IMG/VR virus record: IMGVR_UViG_3300025000_000057
Direction: 5' to 3' (one strand)
Origin: a virus
Lineage: Duplodnaviria > Caudoviricetes
Length of the DNA: 64,000 nt
Shown here in pieces: positions 55,196-64,000 of the stretch. Below the pieces are notes generated by a model that was not told the DNA's origin, ran no database searches, and saw only the letters and a list, made by a program, of their open reading frames with translations. The translations under genes and the position numbers were made by a program. Position 1 is the first letter of the stretch; each line of letters begins with the position of its first letter.

Positions 55196-55765
55196 GTGTA
55201 TTCACAGGTTCCTATCGAATCTGTAGCCGTGCTTGCTAAAGAGGATCTTTATGCACAGGAATGGCTTCTTACTAAATACAACAATTTAATATGTTCCGTG
55301 GCAAAATCCTATTTCATAGCAGGTGGCACCAATGAAGATATAGTTCAAGAAGCCAGAGTCGGTTTCGTAAAAGCAATAGAGAATTACCGACCTGGCTATA
55401 ACTTCGTCATGTTTAGCAAAATGGTTATGCGTAGACAGATCTATGAAACTATCAGACATTCTAATCGCAATAAATATAAACCCTTAAATGATGCGATTAG
55501 TATGTATGATGTAGAAGGTATAGACACCTACGAAGGTAGCGTAGAACCGGAACAGGTCGTATTGACAGCTGAAGAAGATAAGATATTCAATAGACGACTC
55601 AAGGTTTTACTATCAGACCTAGAGTATCAGGTAGCTCTATGTATGATTCAGGGCATGGGTATAAATGATATAGGTGAGAAGTTGTGTAGATCTTATCGTT
55701 CTGTAGACAATACTATGCAGAGAATAAAGCACAAAATGAAACGATGGTACTACGAGGTGGTTTAA
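55196..55765 (+). CDS. sigH: SigH (Spo0H)-like sigma factor
   Basis: AKSYFIAG...EDIVQE, RQI...I, KPLND, LLSDLE, RSVDNTMQRIKHK match the SigH pattern. Confidence 0.85.
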   Translation: MYSQVPIESVAVLAKEDLYAQEWLLTKYNNLICSVAKSYFIAGGTNEDIVQEARVGFVKAIENYRPGYNFVMFSKMVMRRQIYETIRHSNRNKYKPLNDAISMYDVEGIDTYEGSVEPEQVVLTAEEDKIFNRRLKVLLSDLEYQVALCMIQGMGINDIGEKLCRSYRSVDNTMQRIKHKMKRWYYEVV

Positions 55766-56499
55766 TGAAGAGAGTATTTGCTTGTGCAGATATACATGGT
55801 CATTGGTACGCTTGGAAGCTACTATTAGAAAAGGCAGGATACAACCCAAGAAACGATCTTCTAATTGTTCTTGGAGATCTTATCGACAGAGGGCCGGATT
55901 CGTATAAAACGGTACAGTTTGCCCGTGAATTAGAAAAAGAGGGAGCTAAGATTCTGATAGGAAATCATGAAGTAGCTGCACATGCATATTCAACAGGGAC
56001 TCTTGAGGAAACCATCTACTTTAAGAACTACGGTGGAAGTTCCACAGTACGTTCATATGTTGATCAGTTTGGAATAGATGCTCTTAATAAACTTGCCGAA
56101 GATTGTGATTGGTTACTTAATATGCCATTAACTTTCGAGCTAGAACATTATTTCTTCTGTCATGCCGGCTTTGATGTAAGTAAGCCATTAAACGAACAAA
56201 CAGAGGAATTTGTTTGGGGTACGAACAACTTCTTATATAAGGAGACAGGTATCCCTAAACTTGTAATATTCGGTCATAACGAAGCTATACATTTAAGAGG
56301 GGATAAACAACACCGACCTTGGATGTTTAAAGGTAAGATGTGTATCAATACAGGGGCTGACATTGGCGGATGGTTATCACTTATAGAGTTACCAAAAGGT
56401 ATTGTATACTCTACACAGTGTGTTAATACACCATTTCCAATACCAGACCCGAGCAAGATCTATCCGGGTAAGGTTATAACATACAAACTAGGCAGGTGA
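55765..56499 (+). CDS. PPP-family Ser/Thr phosphatase (metallophosphoesterase)
   Basis: DIHG, GDLIDRG, GNHE, HAG, FGH. Confidence 0.92.
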   Translation: MKRVFACADIHGHWYAWKLLLEKAGYNPRNDLLIVLGDLIDRGPDSYKTVQFARELEKEGAKILIGNHEVAAHAYSTGTLEETIYFKNYGGSSTVRSYVDQFGIDALNKLAEDCDWLLNMPLTFELEHYFFCHAGFDVSKPLNEQTEEFVWGTNNFLYKETGIPKLVIFGHNEAIHLRGDKQHRPWMFKGKMCINTGADIGGWLSLIELPKGIVYSTQCVNTPFPIPDPSKIYPGKVITYKLGR

Positions 56500-56503
56500 G
56501 AAT

Positions 56504-56788
56504 ATGAGCGATCTTATTGGTAAGGTAGTAAGTTGGACAAGTCAGACAGGTGGTAGTACTACTAAAAAGACGGGTATTGTACTTGTAATAGTACCTAAAA
56601 GAGTATCTGTCGAAAAGGTTATAGCCGACAATAAACTGGATACTTTTAGGACTAAAGCTCAAAACGTTAACCAAGTATCCGATAGGTACTTAATTAAAGT
56701 ACAGTCTCCTAGTGGTAAAACTGCTTATTACTATTTGCCTCCGGTTACTACCAAATTCATTATCGAAGGAGGGATTAAAGATGTATAG
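56504..56788 (+). CDS. hypothetical protein
   Basis: SD plus ORF. Confidence 0.6.
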   Translation: MSDLIGKVVSWTSQTGGSTTKKTGIVLVIVPKRVSVEKVIADNKLDTFRTKAQNVNQVSDRYLIKVQSPSGKTAYYYLPPVTTKFIIEGGIKDV

Positions 56789-57185
56789 ATGTACAAATGA
56801 AGATTGTAGGCAAGGCTTATACATCAAGATAGGTTCTGATACCTTTACAATAGAACCTATGAATGTCTACCCTCCCATGAAAGGACATGAAGAAATTGAG
56901 TGTCCTGTCTGTGATAATAAAGATACCGCTGATAACTGGGAGAAGTGCTTCAAAGATCCATTGCCCTTTACCTTCTTAGAAAGAGAAGGATTATGTATGT
57001 GTGGTGGAGAGATTATTCAGAATGTAAACATGCACACAGCCTTAAAGATGTCTAATACTAAAGGCTTGATACAAGATGCTAAACCACCCTTAGTTTGTGA
57101 GGATTGCGGTGCTCCGGCCGGTAAGGTATTCTCACCCGAGAATGTACCTTCAATCGAGGCTATCAAAAAATACCGGAATTTATAA
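56781..57185 (+). CDS. multi-zinc-ribbon protein
   Basis: CTNEDC, CPVC, CMCG, CEDC. Confidence 0.6.
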   Translation: MYRCTNEDCRQGLYIKIGSDTFTIEPMNVYPPMKGHEEIECPVCDNKDTADNWEKCFKDPLPFTFLEREGLCMCGGEIIQNVNMHTALKMSNTKGLIQDAKPPLVCEDCGAPAGKVFSPENVPSIEAIKKYRNL

Positions 57186-57188
57186 CAA

Positions 57189-57551
57189 ATGAGTAAACTA
57201 AACTTACGATTAATTAAAGGCTCAGGAATTCCTGAGCCTTTGTCAGGCCCAATAGACAAACGTTACGAGATTCTGTGTTGCAAAAGGTGTGGTAATACCG
57301 GGGAGAAAGGCCCATTCGAAGGCGAGGTTGTAGTAAAACTAAGACTTAAAATTTGTAATATGAAAGATAATGGTGGTCATAAGATTACCGGTAAATATGA
57401 ACCGATTGAATACTCTTATGATAGTACTATATCTGACGAAGTAATTACTAGGTGCTTAGCATGTGGTTCGATAGAGATAGATAGGATCCCCTTGGGAGGT
57501 GGTAAGAATCGCTATAGTACCGGAAGCGTTAAAGAAAGAGATCAAAGCTAA
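57189..57551 (+). CDS. zinc-ribbon protein
   Basis: CKRC...CLAC. Confidence 0.55.
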   Translation: MSKLNLRLIKGSGIPEPLSGPIDKRYEILCCKRCGNTGEKGPFEGEVVVKLRLKICNMKDNGGHKITGKYEPIEYSYDSTISDEVITRCLACGSIEIDRIPLGGGKNRYSTGSVKERDQS

Positions 57552-58800
57552 GAATGATATTGTCGACGTAATCAGCGAATATATGCAGCTTATCAGACAG
57601 GGTAATTTATGGGTTGGTCTTTGTCCATTCCCCCATGGCGGTACCGATAACGAGCCACACTTTGAATCTGACCCTAGTTTTACTATCTATGAGAATCAGA
57701 GTTTTTATTGCTACTCCTGTTGTAAAGGAAATAAAGAAGATGGTAATGCTGGTTCTGATGTGATAGCATTTATCATGGAGATGGAAGGGTTAGGTTATAT
57801 CGACGCTTGCCGTCACTTGGCAGAGCGGGCTGGAATTCCGTTTAGTTTAGCCAGAAACGAAGACGGGAATTTATCCGGTAAGATAAATCAGGTAACCAAT
57901 ACTAACCGGGAATTCTATATAAACCTCTGGAGTAATAACTACGAACTTGCTCAGCAGATAGCCAGGGAAAGAGGGATCGATGCTAATTGGCTACAGACAA
58001 ATGCAAGATTAGGTCTAGTCCCAGAGAATTATTATTGGGAGGTGGCCCGGGGCCGGTTTTGTATCGGTATACCAGAGATGAGTAAGGTAAAGAATCCGCG
58101 CACAATTGGGATGGCTTATAGACATCCAGACGGTCGCTCTCCTAAATGGATTAACGATAGTGGTTCGACAGCGTTTAGTAAAAGCAATACGTTATACTAC
58201 TTCCCATACGCTTATAAGCACATAAGAAAATGTAGAAGTGCTATAGTAATGGAAGGATATATGGATGTATTGTCAGCCCATTACCATACCTTAACGAATA
58301 CCGTAGGTATAATGGGTAGTCAATTTACAGACGAGCAGATGAATATCTTAAGAAAAGAAACTGATACACTTTACCTCTGGCCAGACGGTGATATTGCAGG
58401 TACGGCTATAGTAGAGAAGTCCTTACCGAAGCTATTGGAAAAGGGCTTTAAGGTTATCTGGGTTCAAACGCCAGGAAAAGATCCAGACGAGATTATGTTC
58501 GGTAAGACACCGGACGAGGTAAGATATATAATACAAAACCAGTCTATACCAGCTCTGTTGGGTATTATTCAGAAATACAAACAAGATATAGATTTAGCTG
58601 CAGGATGGACTAATCCCGACATGCTTGATATGATGCGTACAGAATGTCTTGATAAGCTAATACTACTCCTAAAGGCTATCAGACGGTCTGGAGAATTAGT
58701 ACTCTATATGGAGAAGGTAGCTAGTATATTTGGTGTAGCGTCTAATAATCTATTAGGGTTATTGAACAGCTTAGATACACATAAGGAGATGATAAAATGA
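57499..58800 (+). CDS. dnaG: DNA primase
   Basis: zinc finger CPF.H...CYSC, KWINDS, TOPRIM EGYMDV and DGDIAG. Confidence 0.93.
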   Translation: MVRIAIVPEALKKEIKAKNDIVDVISEYMQLIRQGNLWVGLCPFPHGGTDNEPHFESDPSFTIYENQSFYCYSCCKGNKEDGNAGSDVIAFIMEMEGLGYIDACRHLAERAGIPFSLARNEDGNLSGKINQVTNTNREFYINLWSNNYELAQQIARERGIDANWLQTNARLGLVPENYYWEVARGRFCIGIPEMSKVKNPRTIGMAYRHPDGRSPKWINDSGSTAFSKSNTLYYFPYAYKHIRKCRSAIVMEGYMDVLSAHYHTLTNTVGIMGSQFTDEQMNILRKETDTLYLWPDGDIAGTAIVEKSLPKLLEKGFKVIWVQTPGKDPDEIMFGKTPDEVRYIIQNQSIPALLGIIQKYKQDIDLAAGWTNPDMLDMMRTECLDKLILLLKAIRRSGELVLYMEKVASIFGVASNNLLGLLNSLDTHKEMIK

Positions 58801-59249
58801 ATGAATCAACCAAGTTACCTCTTCCGGCGCCTGCCGGAGTTATATATACCTTTACTGATGCGGAACTTAAAAGTTTACTTGAGAGCTACATTAAAGAGCA
58901 AACTGGAATAGATGTAGATCTTATAGTAGACTATGATTCAGAGGTTATAAACCTTATGGTATATATCAATGGTGACGAGATTTATGATTGGGATCCGGAC
59001 GATATTTGTGGCAAAGATAAACCACTATGTCATTTAGATGAGTGGTTTATAAACGCTATGCAGATTGTGTCTAAGATATTTGGTAATACCGCTGTAGCTA
59101 CACCAATAATTTCATCCGCATCCGACTCTAACAGTAAGGACTTTGATATAGATATCATTGTACCGATAGAGGATTACAAGAACAAACTACGTTTACGGGA
59201 GGTACACAATGCCGGTATCAAAAACTCGAAAGAAACGAAAGAAGAGTAA
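58797..59249 (+). CDS. acidic hypothetical protein
   Basis: AAGGAG SD. Confidence 0.6.
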   Translation: MNESTKLPLPAPAGVIYTFTDAELKSLLESYIKEQTGIDVDLIVDYDSEVINLMVYINGDEIYDWDPDDICGKDKPLCHLDEWFINAMQIVSKIFGNTAVATPIISSASDSNSKDFDIDIIVPIEDYKNKLRLREVHNAGIKNSKETKEE

Positions 59250-59496
59250 AGAACAATCCAAGGAGCAAGTTACCCAGGTAGAACAACCGAGACGATCATT
59301 AGGTGATATGTTACTGGAGAACTTCGGCTCCGCTAAGCCAAGGTCTATTGATTTAAAGTGTGATATGTGTAAAGTAAAGCTCGACGGTTTCTGTGCTGGT
59401 AAACCTGAGTACACTTCTTTAAAGATACTTGATTGTATGAGGACTAGAGCTTACATGACAGCGCCAATAAAGGAACGTTTGGAAGTCCTTAATTAA
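59209..59496 (+). CDS. hypothetical protein with a basic N-terminus
   Basis: GGGAGG SD; C..C and C residues. Confidence 0.6.
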   Translation: MPVSKTRKKRKKSKEQSKEQVTQVEQPRRSLGDMLLENFGSAKPRSIDLKCDMCKVKLDGFCAGKPEYTSLKILDCMRTRAYMTAPIKERLEVLN

Positions 59497-59512
59497 TGTA
59501 CTTGGAGGGTAA

Positions 59513-60031
59513 TTAATTGCCCTCCTTTATAATACCTTCACCAATAATATTAATAATATCTTCGTTTAAATAATCTGCAACCTTTTGTACTAATATACGT
59601 TTTTCTTCTGGAATGTCGGAAAAGACTTTCCATTCGCGCTCTAATCTCTGAATAATCTCAAAGGGAACTTCAGCTCTTTTAGCTAGTTTAATCTGAGAGA
59701 TTCCATATATACAACGTATTAATGCAAGTTTAGAAAAGCTACGTAACGGTAACGATCGAATAGTATCATGTCTTGTCTGGGGAAATAACTTAAATACAGG
59801 TTTGCCAAGGAGGAAGGCAATCTTACCAGCTTCGTTTATAGTTGGAATAACTTTCTTATTCTCTATATTCATCCAGACAATGTGATGTATATTAGCCATT
59901 CGAGCTGCTTTTGCTTGCGAAAGATTATATGACATTCTAAACATAATCATGTCTATATTTTTCATTATATCAAGTCTTGCGTATATTTCTTTAGAGACTT
60001 TCCAGTTCTGAAAGTCATGAACTTTTGACAT
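59513..60031 (-). CDS. XRE-family regulator with two HTH domains
   Basis: LSQAKAA......IEN....PT and ISQIKLA...V....IQRLE; the only convincing minus-strand gene. Confidence 0.8.
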   Translation of the reverse strand: MSKVHDFQNWKVSKEIYARLDIMKNIDMIMFRMSYNLSQAKAARMANIHHIVWMNIENKKVIPTINEAGKIAFLLGKPVFKLFPQTRHDTIRSLPLRSFSKLALIRCIYGISQIKLAKRAEVPFEIIQRLEREWKVFSDIPEEKRILVQKVADYLNEDIINIIGEGIIKEGN

Positions 60032-60077
60032 AATATCACCCCATTTTGTAATTCTACAATTTCATATTAATACCTTT

Positions 60078-60872
60078 ATGGAATACTTACCAAGGGAGGT
60101 AATAGAATTGACAGGTAAAGAGCTATTATTAGCTCAATTAGAACACTTTAAAAGTGATGGGAAAATAATCGAACTTGAAGATGACCAGCATTCACAAAAG
60201 GTCAAAGATACAGCTAAAAATTGCAATGTTCCAGACGAACTTATAGAAGCTTTTTATGCCTATTATAAAGACTTCTTAGACCCTTTTCTTGATAGCGATG
60301 TTTATAGCGGTGGCCCATTCGATAACGACGAAGAGGGACTCCTAGGTATCCAATCAAAACTTTGGAACTTCTTTTATCCATTAACTCAGTGTGTTATAAA
60401 GAATTATATTGGTATAAGGATGCATACAGTAATCGAACCTTCGTATGAAGATGCGAGTACAATAACAATAATCGTTAGTAACGACACGAGTTACGATGGT
60501 TTACCTTGTAGTATTGTAGCTCTTAAAGATATCCGGAAAGCTTGGCAAACTATAGCCCGTAATCCGTCCGAGTTGTACGAAGTTTTATTAAATTACTATA
60601 ACGATATGATTAAGGTTATCGATCATATTCTTGATATTAATAAATCGTATGTTGTTATTCACTTATCCGGTACTACACTAGTAAGAACTTGGACGTGTCG
60701 TGATAAGAAACTAGCTGTTGATATAGCTAAGTACATATCTACAGATATTAGTAATGATATTAACGATGAAATTTACGTAGAGAGATCTCCATTAATACAG
60801 CAAGGTAATATATTAGAATCGAAGTCGGAAAGAATATGGAGTTGGGGAGTCGGTACAGAACCTCGTGTATAA
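60078..60872 (+). CDS. hypothetical protein (likely TTG start 60107)
   Basis: GGGAGG SD inside the computed ORF. Confidence 0.65.
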   Translation: MEYLPREVIELTGKELLLAQLEHFKSDGKIIELEDDQHSQKVKDTAKNCNVPDELIEAFYAYYKDFLDPFLDSDVYSGGPFDNDEEGLLGIQSKLWNFFYPLTQCVIKNYIGIRMHTVIEPSYEDASTITIIVSNDTSYDGLPCSIVALKDIRKAWQTIARNPSELYEVLLNYYNDMIKVIDHILDINKSYVVIHLSGTTLVRTWTCRDKKLAVDIAKYISTDISNDINDEIYVERSPLIQQGNILESKSERIWSWGVGTEPRV

Positions 60873-60927
60873 TTAGCTAATATTTCTATTCTATATTACA
60901 TTATGAACTGCTGTATATTCATATTGA

Positions 60928-60956
60928 TTGACAATGTGGAATACAATAGTTATAAT
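60928..60956 (+). promoter_or_regulatory. consensus sigmaA promoter
   Basis: TTGACA-17nt-TATAAT. Confidence 0.8.
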
Positions 60957-60974
60957 ATATGATATGGAATAGAG

Positions 60975-61469
60975 GTGAAACGTATGTCGACACCACCAAC
61001 ACATTATGTAAGCCAAAGAGCGCTTGATGATATAATAACCTTTCTACAGCTCAATACATGGAATCGTAAGTGTACAATGAGCTTACAAGATATTGCAGAA
61101 CGTCTCAAGTATTCCGCCACTACTCTACATAGAGCTCTCAAGAAACTCCAAGCTGACGGAGTTATTGAGATACAAAAAAGTAGTAAAGCTGCAGAACCAA
61201 GTACAATTATCTACAACGGAGAGCTTATAGATACATCATTACTAACCAAAGGTAGTCGATTATGTAATGATGTAAAAGATAACAACGAATTAACCCAGGG
61301 ACTCGTCGATCATATAAATAACTGTCATAATACAATTAAACGTTTAAAGTTAGAGCTTGATCGATACAACGAGTTACGTAGTAGGGTTATGAGCGTAACT
61401 CCTGTTAGCGATACTCTAGAGAGTATAATACTTAGCAGACCTCATAAAGATTATAGAACTATACTTTAA
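60975..61469 (+). CDS. winged-HTH transcription regulator
   Basis: SLQDIAERLKYSATTLHRALKKLQADGVIEI. Confidence 0.8.
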   Translation: MKRMSTPPTHYVSQRALDDIITFLQLNTWNRKCTMSLQDIAERLKYSATTLHRALKKLQADGVIEIQKSSKAAEPSTIIYNGELIDTSLLTKGSRLCNDVKDNNELTQGLVDHINNCHNTIKRLKLELDRYNELRSRVMSVTPVSDTLESIILSRPHKDYRTIL

Positions 61470-61622
61470 AGCAACCAAAACTGGTTGCTTTTGCTTTTAT
61501 ATAAAGGAAATCTATATCGATATGACGGACTATCTAATTGAGTCTATAATTTAATTTATACACGAGTATAAAACATGTCTCGGTGAGACATACTACAACT
61601 TATAACGAAAGAAGGAATCTAA

Positions 61623-61850
61623 ATGACCCCAGAACAAGAGAAGGATGCTGCACTTTGTGAAGAGATGGATATTCGTGGCGAAAGTAAAGATTGCTTGGGA
61701 TGCTCTTGTAGCGTCTGTATAGCACAGCACCCCATTGGCCTGAGTATTACTAAGATTCATGCACTCATAGATAAAGAATTAGCCATTGTAAAGGAAACAA
61801 ATCCCCAAATGGCAGAGGGTATGCAGCGAATTAAAGAGGTATTGAAATAA
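61623..61850 (+). CDS. hypothetical protein
   Basis: SD; Cys cluster. Confidence 0.55.
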   Translation: MTPEQEKDAALCEEMDIRGESKDCLGCSCSVCIAQHPIGLSITKIHALIDKELAIVKETNPQMAEGMQRIKEVLK

Positions 61851-61930
61851 TGTACCCATGTGACAGTGTTATGTTACAATGAGCAACGGGGATATATAAA
61901 AGGGTATTATGAATTAAGGAGGTCAAGTGA

Positions 61931-62521
61931 ATGACGCAAGATGAATGGAAAGCTAAAGAAAAATCGTATCAAGCGAGGGTTACCGCAATTGTTATTCCGC
62001 CTGACGTGACACCGCAGCAGATTATAGCCATCCAGGCAGAAATCGATCCCTTATATGCAGAGGCTAGAATCGATTTAGCTAAGACCAAGCGCACCTACGA
62101 TAGGGTTAAACGCGATATTAAGAACTATGAGAAAATGGTAGGTCTTAACCTCAAACAAATGGTGTCCGATCCTGCTATTCCGAAAGAGTTAAAACCATCT
62201 AATGAAAAGGAAAGAGACGCCTGGTGTATCGACTATATCAAGAGGACTCATTTGCCGGGTTATAATATCGATATTTATATTGCCATGAATATAGCAGAAG
62301 AGCGACATGTATTTATCGAGGCCGTAGTCGATATCTTAAAAGAGAAAGCTGACAGACTCATTACAGACGTCGCATGTTTAAAGATGGATGCAGAGTTATT
62401 AATGAATAGACCTGGTCGTGGTGCTGCTAATATAATAGATAACAATAACTATCCACAACCTCCTCTTGATCGTATTGAAATTCCTAATATAGTTTTGCCG
62501 GAACCTAGGCAACCGTATTAA
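61931..62521 (+). CDS. hypothetical protein
   Basis: AAGGAGG SD. Confidence 0.65.
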   Translation: MTQDEWKAKEKSYQARVTAIVIPPDVTPQQIIAIQAEIDPLYAEARIDLAKTKRTYDRVKRDIKNYEKMVGLNLKQMVSDPAIPKELKPSNEKERDAWCIDYIKRTHLPGYNIDIYIAMNIAEERHVFIEAVVDILKEKADRLITDVACLKMDAELLMNRPGRGAANIIDNNNYPQPPLDRIEIPNIVLPEPRQPY

Positions 62522-62522
62522 T

Positions 62523-63140
62523 ATGTCTGAATGCGAATTCTATGGACGTTGTTTAAGCGGGGCTAAGAATTCGTGCTACAGGTGCATGAATAAAGATCTT
62601 TTAAGATTACCTGAAGATAAGGTACGTAACCAACGTCGTAAGAAAGCCGGACACTTTAATAACTCACAAATCGCCAGGAATAATCCATCCTGGCGTAATG
62701 CCGAAACTCAAGGTACATTAACTGTAAATGCTATGCCTAGCGCCGTAGAGATGGAGGCTAAGATTAACCCCGGTTCCGGAAATCAAACACATCGTCCAGG
62801 AGATTTTCTGGATGATGTGATATTTAATGAGACTAAAGAAAGAAAACCTATAATTACAGGTGGAGGAAAGTTATCTATAACAATAGAAAAAGGATGGCTT
62901 GATAAGGCTATTGCAGAGTGTAAGGGTAGGGGCAAGTTCCCGGTAGTTAACTTCAAACTTAAAGATACAGATGATTTGTACTCATTCTCTAAATTCGATA
63001 CCATTGCAGAGATGGTTCAGATGATTAAGTATCTAAAGAATGAACTGTTTAACTCCAGGGAGCAGTTAAAGATAACAATGCGAGAACTGCAAATCCTTCG
63101 CGATACTGTCAGTATGCAACATGAGAAGGAGAGCGATTAA
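62523..63140 (+). CDS. putative PD-(D/E)xK nuclease / Holliday junction resolvase
   Basis: GSG...PGD......NETK motif; N-terminal Cys cluster. Confidence 0.55.
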   Translation: MSECEFYGRCLSGAKNSCYRCMNKDLLRLPEDKVRNQRRKKAGHFNNSQIARNNPSWRNAETQGTLTVNAMPSAVEMEAKINPGSGNQTHRPGDFLDDVIFNETKERKPIITGGGKLSITIEKGWLDKAIAECKGRGKFPVVNFKLKDTDDLYSFSKFDTIAEMVQMIKYLKNELFNSREQLKITMRELQILRDTVSMQHEKESD

Positions 63141-63141
63141 T

Positions 63142-64000
63142 GTGTCAACACCTTATGTACGTAAACGTGATGGTGAAACACTAGCAGAATGGTATCCTGA
63201 GAAAATTCGTATGGCAATACAGAAAGCTTTTATTGCCAGTGAGATACCTTATGAAGATCAATGTCTTACGTTATTAATAAGTAAGGTAATTGAACAATTG
63301 CCGGATGAAAAGATCATTGATATAGAAACCATCCAGGACGTTGTTGAGCAGACTCTTTGCGTCGCAGGATACTGGAAAGTATCTAGAAGATATGCCGTAT
63401 ATAGAGAACGACGAGCTGCCCTACGCGAAGGTAAGGATGATCTAATGGATGTAATCCGGGATATCGACCGAGAAGCTACAAAGGATAATGCTAATGTAGG
63501 GCCCACTATGGCTGGTAAGGTACTTCAGATATCCGAAGCCGCATCTGGGTATTTTTACGGTAAGAGAGTAATACCTCGAGAGTTTAGTGAGGCACATGAT
63601 AATGGAGACATCCATATCCATGATAAAGCTTGGTATGGCAAAGGACTCAATTGCTGTCAAATACCTTATGAGAAACTAGCTGCTCATGGATTTAATACCG
63701 GCCATGGCTTTATCCGTCCAGCCCGTAGCTTAAAGACCGCTGCTATGCATGCGAGCATAATTATCCAGGCAAATCAGAATGAGATGTACGGCGGTCAAAG
63801 TTATCCGGATTTCGATAATCAGTTCGTCGCGACCGGAATAATGGAGCAACAACGGGAGAAGATACGTCGTGATTTACGGTATGGCGTAGAACTTACAGGT
63901 AAGAACTTTAACGAATTAGATCCGGAAGCCATTGATACTCAGGTAGAAAGAATACTCGATCATAAAGGATTCCAAGCTATGGAGGCTTTAATCTATAACC
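63142..64000 (+). CDS. nrdD: anaerobic ribonucleoside-triphosphate reductase, 5' part
   Basis: ATP cone VRKRDG...KI..AI.KA, KDNAN, AHDNGDIHIHD, NCC, QNEMYGGQS; runs off the window. Confidence 0.93.
   Translation, partial: MSTPYVRKRDGETLAEWYPEKIRMAIQKAFIASEIPYEDQCLTLLISKVIEQLPDEKIIDIETIQDVVEQTLCVAGYWKVSRRYAVYRERRAALREGKDDLMDVIRDIDREATKDNANVGPTMAGKVLQISEAASGYFYGKRVIPREFSEAHDNGDIHIHDKAWYGKGLNCCQIPYEKLAAHGFNTGHGFIRPARSLKTAAMHASIIIQANQNEMYGGQSYPDFDNQFVATGIMEQQREKIRRDLRYGVELTGKNFNELDPEAIDTQVERILDHKGFQAMEALIYN

Noticed and set aside
338-63660. Numerous 60-180-aa minus-strand ORFs in the track
   Set aside because: They are antisense to well-supported genes and lack SDs; only 59513-60031 has a recognisable domain
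1-64000. CRISPR arrays, IS elements, integrase, virion structural genes
   Set aside because: No regularly spaced direct repeats, and no transposase, recombinase or structural motifs were seen

Overview
This window is a gene-dense, AT-rich block almost entirely on the + strand. It is most consistent with the DNA-replication and nucleotide-metabolism arm of a large phage infecting a spore-forming Firmicute (AGGAGG ribosome-binding sites, sigmaA-type promoters, a SigH-like sigma factor). No virion structural genes, integrase or CRISPR array are visible. Recognisable genes: thymidylate kinase, two SSBs, HU, a ThyX-like protein, dCMP deaminase, two MazG-like pyrophosphatases, an intein-containing SF2 helicase, a 5'-3' exonuclease, a WGR-fused ATP-dependent ligase, a MoxR-type AAA+/VWA pair, GroES, an HNH nuclease, DnaE, RecA, NrdG and partial NrdD, UvrD/PcrA, a 3D-domain protein, a fused and split SbcD/SbcC, a radical SAM enzyme, family-4 UDG, a PPP phosphatase, DnaG and an XRE regulator, plus many small hypothetical proteins. 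The most unusual part is an RNA island at about 5.77-8.56 kb. It holds a 582-nt expanded tmRNA, a tRNA-like gene with a non-canonical anticodon arm, and two unassigned structured RNAs that share a tRNA-like terminal stem. Other oddities are altered catalytic motifs (ThyX, ligase, 3D), SSB-tail-like C-termini on non-SSB proteins, and probable ATC start codons. All calls were made by eye from motifs; no database searches or folding programs were run.
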